A stretch of 64,000 nucleotides of DNA from Botryllus schlosseri (taxonomy: Eukaryota): positions 11,904,001 through 11,968,000 of the forward strand of contig CM119381.1 of assembly GCA_051294905.1 (NCBI GenBank). Reading direction: 5' to 3'. Positions 26,701 to 41,700 of the stretch are shown piece after piece. The stretch's first letter is position 1; each line of letters starts with the position of its first letter. The notes beneath the pieces are model-generated. The model made no database searches, was not told where the DNA came from, and was given only the letters and a program-made list of their open reading frames with translations. The translations under genes were made by a program, and so were the position numbers.

Positions 26701-29700
26701 TTCCTATGTAGTCACAATCGAGAAACTCAATCTGAGGCAGACGTGTAACGTTTTATTTTCAGAATAAAAAATTTGATGTTTAATGATAAAATGTGTAGAC
26801 CAACATATTTTAAAGCAAACAATATTGCTAATAAATGGGGCGATTTTTTTGACATGTCAAAAATAGTCAAAATTTTGTCAAAATTGTAGCGCTAGGTGAA
26901 AAAATGTCAAAATTGTTTACAAAGTCAAAATTTTTTTACAACCTGCATTTCGTTTGTCACTGTCGGTGAACTTATCATTTGATATTTTACAGCATGTAGC
27001 CTTCTTCATAGGCCTATACCGCTGTAGACGGCCCATGTCTGCTCATTGTGAATCATAAACATTCAAATGAAACAAATAGGTTGACGTGCGGTGTTATGCT
27101 CAACGTACCGCAATATCCTAACTGAAGAAAGACTGCGTGGGCATTGCATGGTTCTTATATCAAGAAGCGCTTGATGAAAAAATGTGATGTAGACACCATT
27201 CTCAGAATGAAGCAACACGGTTTGTCAGCAGCAGTGTACGCACAGTCGCACAACTTCCGTGTTTTCAGCCAACAACTGCTGCTGTTGAACGTTCTTTCTC
27301 CATTCTTGGCAAGTTTCTTACTGCGGACAGACACTTTCTACCGGGAATGTAGGAAACTATCTTTCGTTGTACTACAACAACTTTTAATTATTTCTACTAT
27401 GATACGTGATGTAACTACTGAAATTCTTCATAGGGCCAGATTTCGTTAAAATCAAGTTTATTCATGTAAAAATTTGTCAGTTTTTGAGTCAAACAAGATT
27501 TTTTAGGCAAACTACTTCGTAAGGACAGACAGTTCCAACCAGAAATGAAGATAAGTAGTACAATTCCAACATTATATGGGGAAACACCTAATTTGCATAA
27601 GCTAGGTCAAAATAAGTCCAAAAATGTCAGAATTCTGATTTTTCAGGTCAAAATGTTCCGTTTTTTAGGTAAAAAAAAACGCCCTACTAATAAAGGATCC
27701 CACGACAATGCACCAAAACAATAGTTCTGACCTGGATCGCATGGTTTACAATCTCTCAACGATTGTTGCATGGTGAACGGATTGTAAGTACCCGGCGGGC
27801 ATGGAAATTCGAATTGGTCGGTGGTTCCGTTGGGACAATAGTGTCCGACTGGACACTCCTTGCCCTCGTATGTGCTGGAATTTTGCGGACAGTAATACCT
27901 AAAAGAGACATATCAATGATGTTAAGGTACCATCGCATAAATCTCCCAGGATATTCTTCAATTCTCGAATTGAAATCTCGAATTGATTGGTCATATTTCA
28001 AAGTTAACAAACCAACGTCACTTACCCCGCAATACAAGTAAAGCAATATTCTAGTCCTTCCAAATCATTGTACGTCCCGCCAGGGCAAGGTTGCGGTGTG
28101 GCTGTACCAGGTGGGCACTGCTGACCTCTCGGGCAAGGCCCTCCCGTTTCATCCGCGACAGGAATCTACCGTCATAGGAAAGTTCAGAGTTGGATCTTAT
28201 ATGTTGATTTTCAATACAAACCTTGTCGGTTTTGGCTCCAAGAACGCAGTAGTAACCGCCGGAGCAATTCCCAGTTGGCTCGGAAGATCCTTCCAGGCAA
28301 TACATGCCAGGATCGCAAAGTGTGCAGTTTTCCTAGTAATGAAAGAAAATATAGCTTCACATTTGATCATATCAGGTCATCTGATCACCCAAGTATAACC
28401 ACGCAGTTAGATATCGACTTATCTGGAAGGAACGTCTAATACAGTTAATTTCAATAGACTTTGTGGTCAATTAAGCAAATATTAGGACTTTGAAACAAAA
28501 TCAATTTCTTGAATGACAGCTGACAAAAAATTCTCAGCCATTCATGCCAGTAAAGTGGAAAGGAAAGGAAGGATGGAAGGAAAGGACGTAGTTTATTTTT
28601 GTCCTTGATGTTTTTGCGGCATATACACCGACTCATGATACACATACACACGATCTGTGCATATTCATACCATGAGTGCATGATGTGCATATGCCGCTGG
28701 ATAAGGAAGTGCAGATATAGCCTTTACGGCTTTCTAAGTCATGCACCACCCTCAATGCTATCCCAGTAATGCATGATCGCCAAGCAGGGAAGTCATGGAT
28801 AGCAGTGTTACTAATCAGGTCTTCGGTATGACCCGGCCGGGGATCGAACCCACGACCGACCGATCAAGAAGCCGGACGCTTCACCATTACGCTATCTTGT
28901 CGGCAACATGCTTTTTGTAAATAGTGCCAGAGGTCCAATGACCTTGTTATCCCCTTTTCCGACCAAAACTCTAAAACAATCTCACTCGGCACGTCGCGAA
29001 TTCCATGCATACCGAAATAGTCGTGTAATTATGGTAACTTGCCAAATGGAGTTGTTAAGAAAAGGCAGCGTCTCAAAGACATACCTGCGCCACAAGTCCT
29101 TCTTCCCGAGAATAAGTGCCTGCTTCACACGGCACTTCTATAGTTGCGCCTTCAGGACAATAATATCCGGGAGAACATTTTCCGTTTGGAGCTGAAGATG
29201 ACAGAACAGTATAGTTACTGGTGGCAAAAGGTGTTTGAATATTCAAGAGTTGACTAAAATCGGGCACGATAAGAGGATATACATATGCAATACAATTTTC
29301 ATTCCAGTATGCAGGAACATGTGACAACACTGACAATCAGAAATCTAACCACCAAGATCAATGAGATACAATACACAAGGTGAAAGTGTTGTTCAGGTGA
29401 CGAAAATTGTACTAATGCGTGACTACAATTCTAATGATGTTGCTATATGATTCCAAGAAACACCAGGTATACTTTCAAGAATTGCGACTCTAGCGCAGAA
29501 AACTTTGCTCTTGAACATACCAATCGTTTGTGAACGATGTTGCGGCTGATACAGTGGAGTTTAAATAGATCATGCACTCCACATGCTTATTGTTCCAAAA
29601 TACCTCTCAAGGCTACAATGGGGGGTAGAAAGTTGAGGAATGTTTGGAGTGCATTTCATGGAGCTACAGGCCAACTTTGCCAGTTATCTTGAAGTGACAA

Positions 29701-32700
29701 GAAATCTTTTACTGCAGCACAGAGCTCAAAGGTTCAGGCATCGTTCAAAGCTATATAATTTCTTCTGTTAACACAGAAATGAACTCACGGTCAGATCCGT
29801 CCGGCGTAGGTGTGCTGCTGCTGCCGGCGCAATAAAAGCCAGCGTGGCAATCGCCGGATACATCTGTAGCATTTGCATCATTGCAGTATTTCCCAGCTTC
29901 ACAAGCCGCACAGTCGGTACTGTTAGCGAGCATATTGCTTTGTCCATACCGCCCAGGAGGACAAGATTTCCAGTCATAACCGGTACCTTCTTCGCAATAA
30001 AACCCTGAAAACAGCATCTGTGATGTTTACCATTTTCCAACATCATGGACGATTTTGAGAAACAAGAGGGCAAAAATACCAAAAGGGCGACTATGGGGCG
30101 AAAATTTTTGAACATCCGGGTAGATATATTTAATTAACATGACCAAAAAATGCACGTGAAGACGGTTTATTCTGCATATGACGTGAAAGTTGACTGAAAA
30201 AGGTCAACTCAATGGAAAGTAGACGCGTAAACCGTTGTTTTAAGCACCTACTCGGAAAAATGTCCTTATTTTAGTTAACTCAGCAACGGTCAGAGTTTGG
30301 CTAATATATTTGATGTTTGTACGGCTTCTTTTTCGTATCCACAATTATGACGGCGAAAATTTGTGTCGAGCTTAATAAAGGGGCGATGAGTCGAAAAAGG
30401 TTGGTAACACTGCTCTAGTACTTTTTGAACCTTTCATTTTCTACTTCTACCTGAAGTAGTCTTGGCCTGTGTTGGAACTCGTTGTAAATGCACTAAAACT
30501 TGCGAAAGATGCCCAAAAGCCCACGTCTGACTTAATGCTACAAGTTTGCAGCATCTCGACTAAATCTACTTTTTCAAAACTATATACTCGGGTACTTTTC
30601 AGATATTTGATTTTCAACTTCTACATGAAGTAGTTTTGGCATGACTCGTATGTTGTAACTTCCACTCGCAATTACAAAAATAGAAATTCACAGCATAAAT
30701 TTGACCGCCTCTGATTGTACCTTGAGGGCATGGCAATAAATCGATCCCATTGATGCAGTATGTTCCAGCGGGGCAAGGCATGCATGTTTCGGCTTGCACC
30801 GTTGGACTGAACGTGCCCGGATCACACGTGAACGGGGTGCCAGTGCCTGTGTGTAAATGTGATTTAGGGAAATTGACATAATAATTATCAAAAGCCATTA
30901 CCTTCAGGACAGTAGTGGCCGATAGTGCAGTTGTTACTTTCAGGCGATTCGTCACGGCCTGGGCAGTAAAATCTAGAAAGGGATGATAATATATTGAACA
31001 TATCCAAGCACAGTACGAATTGTTGAAATTGTGTTACAATAGTGAAGCAAAATTCATATGAGCAATGAGATTACATCGTTTTGCGGAATTGCACGCTACA
31101 AACGTAATGAGAAAATCGGTGTGGCAATTGGACAAATGCGATTTGCCCGAGTAAATCCCAGTGGAAATCCGGAAGAGATGCTGCAAATTACAATTGGCCA
31201 CTTCCGTGTCACAGGAAATAAGGATTAGGGACTATATGAATCACAAGTTAAGAATCAGTTGCAATGCAGTGGATTCTGGATAAGTCTCAACTTGGATTTA
31301 TCCAATCCAACGCGGAGCAAAGTTGTAGACTGCAGTAATCATTCTTGAAGAGTTGGCACAACTAGTTGCACTATTGGAAGATATCGGCAGAAAGATTGAT
31401 TTTACCTAGCATAGCATTGCCCTTTGGGCTCTTCGAGACCAGTCTCGTCACAATAATATCCAGGAGTGCAATCTTCACACTGGCCTGAGTACTCCTTCCC
31501 AGTTTGATTATTAAATGTACCTCTTTGACACGGAACCGGATTCGCCACACCTGAAATGAACGAAAAAAGAATCAGAAACTGCCGAACTGCAGAGGCATCT
31601 TGAGGGATGATATAGGCTACATCGGTATATGTGAGTAAATCGGAAAATAGGATCACCTGCATTGCAGTATTTTCCTTTTGGACACGGTTCGCCTGTGACG
31701 CCATCTTCAGGGTTGGGAACCACCGCCCCCCCGATACACCAGTAACCGCCCTCGCAGTTAATTTGCGTGCCTGTAAAACAATGTGCAGCACTCACAAAAG
31801 ACTATTCAAAGTACTTTGCAAGCTTTAATTTCATGATAGCATCAAAGCATCATCCATCGTCAAAAGCTCGGAAATGCTAATCAATGAAAAATACGGGCAC
31901 CTGCTTACATACAGGAAATATATTATGTATTTAAAAAAATTGATATTAAAATTTTTTTACTGGTATGAAAATAATAAACAGCAATCCACACTGCATAAGG
32001 TATGTCCTAACCTGACGAAAATGGAACCAAATGTACCGAGTCGCAATTGGATAAAATATAGTAGTTAAAGAAATAACACATGCATTATCATCAATCTTTA
32101 ATAAATTTTCGATATATCCAGAAACTAGACCATTGATTTGTATCAAAAAGTATATTAAACTAATGCAAGTTGATTACACAATGCAATTCAATTCACCGAT
32201 AATAAAATGTGACAATGACAGAGTCTATTGGTTTCCGCCATAGGTGGGGTTGTAAAACGTATTAGTGTTCAGTCAACTGCATCATGATTTTCATGATGTA
32301 ACCGTGCATTCTAACCCATACTCGATACCATCACTGGTCTTACGGGTAGTGGAAAAATTCCGAGTGACCCCCAGAATCAATCGAACTAGCAGTTTAACCG
32401 CTACACTGCAGACTTTTGTTTTGGTTCAGATGCTGCAAAAATATCAGCTATGTGTACTCAGGTCGAATAGTTATTGTCTACCGCATAAGGGCATTGAACA
32501 TCCTCTAATTTCATGACTTGCATGATTATGGACATTGGCATTATGGACATTATGGTTGATGAATTCAAAAACTTCCGCTCTCCCTGTAACGTCAAAACAT
32601 TCAGTCATCTCACTTCTCGTCCTTCCTTCGGGACTGCAATATTTTCCGGGATCGCACAGGCTGCAGGACGTGGCATTTTGAAAGTTGAGTCCTTCTCCGT

Positions 32701-35700
32701 AAGTGCCGTTGGGACAGCCAAATTCGTTCATCATCCTGGTACCTTCCGGGCAGTAGTAGCCGAGTGGACAGTCGTACAACGTATAATCCGATATGGGTCC
32801 GTCAGACCGATCGCAATAATAGCCTGAACGGAACGAATATGCGACTGTTGATCTACACAAACTGGTCGACAAATTTCGAGAAAACATGTATTTTCGTATC
32901 ATTTCAAACGCGAAAAAAGTCTTATCAGACAGGTTTTCGTAAAGCAATCCCAAGTTTTACAGGCGAGCAAAATGACGCCATTTGCCAAAATAAAAGGGTT
33001 ACCATATTTTGAGATCCGAAATATAGGACACTCTTTACAAATCACAATAGATGAAGTAGCATTCATTGATACGAGGAATTAGGAAATTTTACTCCCACTA
33101 TTGCTGTGCTGACTAAAAAGAGTTCAATTTTTTCGAATCTACTCCCGAATCCTATTATGGGTTGATGTTGACCTTTCTTTTTTTAGTCAACCAGGCAATC
33201 CGAATCGAGATTTCACGTATATTATGCCATTTTTTAGTTGCCTCCGTACGATCTCCTGGCCCTCAAAGCTATAGAGGTCAAGTTGTGTCAAACGATAACA
33301 TTTCTTGAAAAAAGAGGACATATGGTGATCCTACACAATAATGAAGGCTGCGTGGCAGTAAGGTTTCCCGTGCCTTTCAGTTTTCAACTGATCTCTGAAG
33401 ACTTCTAGCTAATTACATTGCGAGACATATAGTTGTTACCTTGGGTAGATTTAAAAAGTGTTCGAGGGGTCACACAAACAGCCGTGCTGCATTTACACTC
33501 AGGAGAAGGATATATCCTACGACATGTATTTTTAGACTTACAAGTTAATTAACAGTGTAAGCGCACTAAACACCGCACATCTCTACCGTAGCTTACCTGC
33601 GGGGCATATTTTACAATCAGATTTCTGACTTTCGTCCTGATAGAAGCCGGAGTCGCAAAGGACCTGATCGGGGGATTTGGTCGGACAGAAGTATCCCGGT
33701 TGGCAAGCCTGTTCCTGCGGAGAGGACGACCCGCTCATACAGTAGAAACCTGACAACACACCATACCGATGAGATTCGTATCAAACAATTCTACTGAGCC
33801 TAATTTCATATCAGATACTCTATTTTCACCCAACTGAAATACATCAAACCGCAATATTGATATAGCAAAAAATAAAGCAAACACGGCATTTGGACATGAT
33901 TTGAATATGTGAGATTTGAAAATCCCATTTACCTTCGTCGCATACTCCGGTAGGTTCCGTGGCGGGCAACTCATTGCAATAATACCCTGCGGTACAATCG
34001 TGGCAGTCTGTCCTCGCACCTAGTCCTGTTTCATTTCCGAACGTGCGCACCGGGCATGGCTCTGGGTTTTGCGTGCCGGCCTCTGAAGACAAAATTATAA
34101 TCGCACCTATTAGAATTCCATTCCAATTTTGCGCAAAAACAAAGTTTTACAACTTTGTTGCTCATCTGACAGCCAAACCATGTGCACAGCGAATATTCTT
34201 ACCAAAACAAGATCAAGACTTCGTTTTTTTCTATTCCAAATACTTTTTAGTTACATCTCCTGTTTAGGTATGACGCCGAATTCTGAAAGTTTATAAAATA
34301 TGTTGCAGAGGGCAATACTAGATGGATCATGTTCGGAACAGCAAATATTGAATAGAGAGACATCTTAAGTAGTGATTGTCACGTTCGCAAGCCATTCAAA
34401 ATAGTGAATGGCAAAACAGCGAGAGTCGATGCCATGCAGAATACACAAACGAATGGCATAATAATTATAAGCAATATCTTGCGCCTCACCGCAGAAATAT
34501 CCCTCGGGGCAGAAATTTCCACTGACGCCATCTTCTGGATCTGGACGGGTCGCGGACCCGTTGCAATAGTAACCCGCCTCGCAAAGCGGTCCCACTGCGG
34601 TCATACCTGAAATGGAAGTAAATTCACCATAATATTTGAGCGAAGGTGTTCAAAACAGTCATCTTTGGTACAGATATAGAAGCAGCTTCGAACATTCCTA
34701 TCCTAGAATAAGAATAAGTAGCGATTTTAAAGAACTGCAGGACCAGTTTCTCTAAAAACTTAGACTTGTGAATTAGAAATGGAATGTTGCTCAAATCATA
34801 GCCAGTCTAGCACGAAGTGCAAGTCGGTAAAACCAACTTCATTACTTCGATAAAGTAGAATTACTTCATTACAGACCACCTCTGGTTATCGGATAACAAT
34901 ATGTTGGGCTTAAACAACTTAGGAAACTTACTGGAATTGGGACAGTAATGGCCTCCGTCACACGGTTTCGGCTCACCAGTCCCACCAGGACAGTAAAAGC
35001 CAACAGGACATTCTCCCCCGTTAGCGGTAGGGCATATTTCCGACCCATCCGTGAAATTGCCATATCCGCTCGGAGTAGGCGTGCTCACGTTAACAAGGCA
35101 ATAAAATCCTGTGGAAAAATATAAATTTTCAATCGGAAATATTTTAGAATCACATTCATTTTACCAGGATCGCAATCTCCGGACACAGTCGTGCTGCCCG
35201 AGCCGTCACAAAATTTGCCTGGATCGCACGGTCTGCATTGATCCGCAGAGCCAAGCATTGGCTCAGTTCCGTAAGTGCCAGGCAGGCAAGGAAATTCAGT
35301 GGAAGACCGAGTACCTGGGAGCGATTGATATTTGAATTAATTGGTGCGAAATATTAATAATAATAATTATGATATCACAATAATTTATAAAGCCGTGAAT
35401 ATAGCATTATATATGATATCTACACTATGGTGCTATACACAAAAGGCTACTAAAAAAGTATAACGATATGCATAGTTGTAAGGAAAGAATGAATACCATG
35501 TAGAGATGTACATGTAAATAAAATGCTTTTGATTTTACGCTTGAAAACATCTTCCGAGACAGATATTTTAATTCTATTCAATTTATTATGAACAATTTCC
35601 CATTTCAAAACACCACAGGACTGAGATTCAATGAAAAGATTGGAAGGTGTCGAAACGACTTGGAGTAGTCTTTGAAATCAGACATCCCGTGTCCTAGGAT

Positions 35701-38700
35701 AGTAAAAAGGATGCATGCACACTAATCTGATAACAGCTGGAAACTCGTTCAACAGAAGGTCAGTTAAAGAAAAAACGGTTTAGGTCACCGACAAATGTCA
35801 TGAAATTGGTTAAAAAACAGAAAAATATTTCAAAACTGTTGCATTCCCACCTGGCGGACAGTAATATCCTGGCACACACGGGTTGACCGTATAATCCTCA
35901 GTACCCCCTGGACAATAATATCCAGTTTCACATTCAGTGCAAATAGCAAGCTGGGTTAAATTGCTGTAACCCCCAGGTGGACAGGGCATTGGCTCAGGCG
36001 TATTGCCGGGACAGTAACTTCCAACGGGGCAGACATCGCCACCTTCCTTGATTAAGTCTGTGAAATAAAAGTAGATTAGAAATCATTCAATGCCGACTCT
36101 GTACACATTGTGACAAAGTAAATTATATTATCAAACAAAATAACGCAAAATTATGAACCAACTTGAAACATACTGTGACCAACATCCCACCTGTAGGATT
36201 ACCAATGGCGGCACCCCCGGTGCAGTAAAATCCAGGGTTGCAATCCAATTCCGAGGCAGTTTGTCCTTTGTTGGGACAGTACTTTCCAGGGTCACATTCG
36301 TCACAGTCGGACATAGCAGAATTTCCAGTCTACATAAAAAAGAAGATTTCAATTATACAAATAGACCAAGTTGTGCCCAACATGGTTGTAATTCAATTCG
36401 AGAACTTCGTAGGAATCATAAAAATTCGGAAACGAAATCAGTTTAAAGATACCGATGTTCAGCATTATGAGACTAGAATCCTTTTTTTTCAACTGGACCT
36501 CTATAACAAGAATTCTAATTCAAAATTGCAATTAGATCATTCAAACTGCAATACTGAATTAACACTAGTCATCGCTTATCAGTTTATGCTATCTCCCGTT
36601 ACACTTATTTACCTAATCTAATCCAAGATGGATGTCTCAAGGAAAGACCACTGCAAATCTTCTTGACACCATCCAATTTTGTCATTTCATAGCAATCTTG
36701 TGATGTTTTGAATTGATAACAATACTTATATTATGAGATAATGAATGAATCAGACGCAAAGCTATACTATCGCAAAGCTATTCTATCTGAATCTCAGCAT
36801 GACAGATCAGATCTGGGTCAAATCCTGGGTATACAGTATCTGTTAGCACCTAACAATTCTGGAAGGATCATGGGATATCTGCGATAGCTAATAATTTTTT
36901 CCAGATTTTGGAATGGGTCTGTTTTGTATTCACATATTTCTCTACTCAGCACTGATCAAGCGCTTGAAATATAGTTACTCACTGCATTGGAATATGTGCC
37001 TTTGGGACAGCCTTCGGGTTCTCCGGTGCCTACTCCACAGTAATGGCCAGGAGGACAAAGCCCGCCATCTCCCGTAGAAGGGGAAGATCCGGGCTCGCTG
37101 GTGTTAACGCCACTCCTGTTGAAATTCAATTTTAAAAAATTGGCATTTACGGTAGTAAACTGTGATATACAGCCTCAAATTTTAGTCTCAACTTGGAAGT
37201 TATAGAACTTTATAACGCTGTATTGAGATCTCAAGTATATTGAACAAAAATCTTTGAATTATAATGTGATAGTATTAGAACGCACCTGCAATAATAACTG
37301 GCAGCGCATAACTTGGTTGGATATACATTTGCTTCTCCGTCACAATAGTATCCTTGAATGAAAATAAAAATAATGCTGTGGTGAAGTTGTAAAATAGTAA
37401 TTCAGTGCAGAACAGTGCCTCTTTGGGTTACATTTGAGCCAAATATGTGCACATTTATGTCTCAAGGATGGACAATTCATTGCTATTAACTTTAAAATAT
37501 GAATGGCCTACAGCAAGCAAATAATATTGTTATTCTGATACTGGCACTATCATGAAAATACCAATCTGCATCATTATCACTTCATTCACCTTACTATTAG
37601 TTATTTGTGCTTCGTGTTAAATTATGGGCATTGGTTCCTGACAGCTGTGAAAGCAATTCAGGAGATGAACTGAAATATTTATTTTTATTTATCACTTTTA
37701 TTTTATTCCAAAATCAACTCACTTTCTTTTTCTAAAGAAACAGTTCATGACATAACATCCAATTATAGGCGGTCGTCAGTCACGAAGTAACTGAATATAT
37801 TTATAGAGCAGTTAGTCGTATCACATTAGTCACGTAAATGTCTACAGCCCCTATTAATTGAGAAAAAATTCATCGAGCTACTTGTACTTCTATTGCTATT
37901 CGAGCACCTGCACTGGCTAATTCCACCATTTCTGTATCTGACGACCAATTTATTTATTGTACGGCATGGAACTACCATATTATCTGCCAACTAAGTCACA
38001 AAAATTAATTTTTACCAACAACAAAAATTAATTTTACCAGCGAGACAAGGTGAGCAAAGAGAATCGTCGCTTCCGCCGGTAGTATTCTTGAAAGTACCGC
38101 CAGGACAAGGTTCGGGGTCGTTCCCAGTTCCAACGGGACAATAATAGCCCATTGGACAAGTGGTCAAGTTTTGATACCCTAAAAAAAGGAAGCGACTTAG
38201 TAATATAACTACATGTTCTCGAAGCAAAAATAACCAACTTACCGATGCATTGATAACCCGCTTCGCATGGATCACAGTCGGCCTGCTGCGGTTGGGTATT
38301 GTAAGTTCCAGCGGGGCATGGTTCCGGGTAGCCTGTACCAGTTGGGCAACGATATCCCGCAAAACACTCAGCGCCCCAAAAGTCCTGCCCGGCAATGGGC
38401 ACACCGCCGGCCGTGTCAGCTCCGCCAGTACAATAAAATCCTGGAATCGATTGTAGCTTATGAGTGATCGTAAGAAGGTTACGCATCATCAATTGGCTAC
38501 AGACCTAATAGACCTAATAGAAAAGTGCAATTACTTCACTACCTCAAAGTTTTTTCGCTGCTCTCTAAAGTGGCTAGAGCCGATAACTTGATTTAGGAAT
38601 TGAATTCACAGACACACCATAAGAAAAATCAATGAAATACTTCCACCATGGTTGCAATCAAGTCACAAGGTTCCGAGTCACAAGTCAATCTCACTTGTAT

Positions 38701-41700
38701 AGTTTTGTCTCGAGTCAAGTCGAGTCATTTTCAATTCACCACCGGGTCGAGTCCGAGTTATCGTGTTGTGACTCGCGTCTGAGTTCAAGTCATTTTGTTC
38801 ACTACTCAGTTTTGAGTTCAATCCGGTTCAAGCCATATTTTTAAACTCGAATGATATAGAATGGCTCGCATTCATAATATCATACTTTTGATAGACGAAA
38901 TACCAATAATGTCGTGACTTCACTACCCGGTAATCTTCGAAGTTACAAAGAAATGTCTGTCTTGGCCGTCCTAGTCTCGAGTCATACGACTTGGTTCAAG
39001 TCAGGCGACTCGAGTGACTTGAGTACAAGTCAGTCAATACACAAATTGACTCGAGTCAAGTTATTTTACACATCTGAAAATATTTACTTGAGACAAGTCA
39101 AGTCACCGAAAAGTCATGACTCGAGTCATTGCAACCCTGGCTTCTACAATATCAGAGTGCTCGAGTACGACTCCGGCTTTTACTATTTTATTTACGGAAT
39201 CCCAACTCCCACTCTAACTCTAACATTTCCATAAGTCTTCTTAGAAAATTATTATATTTTTCGATATTTTCATTACAATGTGAATCAACCTATTTTCAAA
39301 TATCAAAGCAATCATGCTTGAGGAAAAAAATCAAGTTTGTGAAGGTGCGACCCCACGTAAAACTTACGAATTTCAGTAACTGCAATAGCACTATTTGGTT
39401 AACATTTTAAAACATCTGGGTTAATTTTGAAGTAGGTAGAGTAGGACTCAAAGCATTTTAACAAATTCTGACTTCAACTCTATCCAGCATGTGTTTCCTA
39501 AAGTTCAAATCCGACTCAAAAAGGTCTTACAAAGTATCTGTAACTCTGACTCCATCTCTATCAAGAGCAAATTTAAAGAAACCCCGACTTCCAACTTAAC
39601 AGCCTGGGTACCAACTTGAGTCTAAAGTCCTAAGCTCCTTCGAGCCATTACCAAAATTATTTGAGTAATAAATCTATGCACCTGCAGCACAATCCCCATC
39701 TGGTTCTGGCAATCCAGCCACAGAACACACTCTTCCCGGAGGGCAAACAGAGCAATTTCCTTGGTCGGTAGACATTGTATTATTGTTGTAAGTACCTGTT
39801 GAATGAAAACAGTGGCAGGAGCTTTGTAAAGACAAACGAACAAAACATGTTAAACTGCATGCATGTTAGGGCTGGACCAAATGGAATACCTGTATCATTC
39901 GATTGTAAAGTCTAGTATTACACTATCACCTATTAGTACATCATAACAGTAACAACGACCTAGAAATTCAAATATGAATTATTTTATAGCCGCATAAGGA
40001 AAATGATGCCAAATACACGTCAAACGAAATAATTTTATATTTCCGGACCACAAGTATTTCAACGGGAGGGCCAATCATTACTCAACAGAAATGTTGTTCA
40101 ATAAATTCTCATTCAAATCCTTTTATAACATGTTTTTCAATAAAAAGATACAACTAACAGAAATGTCCAGGATCCCATTATCGAAAAAAGGATTGACACT
40201 ATACTTTTTGTTGAAAAAATATTACTCCCGGTACCAAGGTGTATATTTTCATTACCAGTAAATATCGACTCAAACTCGACTCAAATCATTACAATTGATA
40301 CTAGATTTGGACTTGACTACGTGAATGGTTTTCCCAGCCCCATTGAAGATCTGACAACAATAGCAGTCAATTCTGCTAACGTTTATGACAGCTTAATCGT
40401 TCACCTGAAATGCAGGGCTCCGGGTTATCTGATCCCTCGGGGCAGTAATATCCTTTCGGACAGGGGCCGCCAAATTCCGACGACTCGTCCGGAATGCTTG
40501 TATTCGAACCGCGTGCATCGCAATAATATCCGGCTTCGCATGGTCCTTCAGTGGCATCAAGTCCACGCTGTAAGCCAAGAACGTCAAGAAGATTGAAAAG
40601 CTATACTATGCCCGACAGCTGTGATAAGATTGTGCTGATTTGGCCCATTTAAAATTACAGAAATACGTCGGTTACCTTGCTGCAGTAATATCCGATTTCA
40701 CAGAGCATGCAGGCTTCTTCCTCCTCTGATCCTTCAACTGGATTGTAGGTGCCCTACGCAAGTAGAATGAAATATTTTGAGCAAAACAAACTGGGCAAAA
40801 GCGAAAAAGTACTATATTTTTAAACAGAACTCACACCTAATTGCATATTCCGGCATTATATCAAAAGCCTACCCACCCAAAAGTTAGCATCATATATTAA
40901 ATGGTGTATAAACAAACATATAAATTTTTCTAACATCCAATTGTACAAATCAAAGTTCCATATAATGGCACACATATGTTACAAGATACAGCACAATTCA
41001 TTGATATATAGACCATATTCAATCCATGGTACGTACATTATATAAATTATGACATCAATAAAAATAACATATCATGTATATTAAAAACTATTTGACAATA
41101 TACTCATAACACGGTTCTTGTTGTGTCGATGTCAGCTTTATGTCATTACATTAAAATTTACTATAAAATTAATGTTCAATACTAACTTTTGAACTACAAA
41201 TTGTGGTATGGCACTTCAAGTGATAGGGGATTTTATAAAAAAAATTAAATTAATATCTAGTCTAGTCATAGATAGGTTGAGTCATGATGTCTCGAGCGTT
41301 CTGCCATAAAACTACAACGACACACACAACTATCCATACATTACCGGGACTGAAAAACTCGAGTCATGCACGGTACTTACTATAGGACAGGGAGTAGGCA
41401 GAGAAGAGTTGATGAGACAATAATGCCCCGGTGGACATAAAGGTGGGTCCACAATTCCCGTCGTGTTGCAATACTGTCCGGGAGGGCACGCTATACATTC
41501 AGGTAGTGCCGCTGATGGTCCATAAGTTCCTGGGAATACAAATTTCCATGAAGTCGAGCATAATACTACAGGAATGGTACAGTGTGTGTAAAGGTTTACC
41601 TTGAAATCAACCCCAGGATAAGCAGAGATTCAAAATTTTACTTAATTATGCCTATCAAAGAGCAGCCGCAACCTAGGCAATTCTTGATAAGGGGCGCTGG

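Noticed and set aside
28830-28904. tRNA gene
   Set aside because: A and B boxes are present, but I could not fold a cloverleaf with acceptor stem and anticodon arm. It continues into a repeat body that has a second copy, so it is a SINE head.
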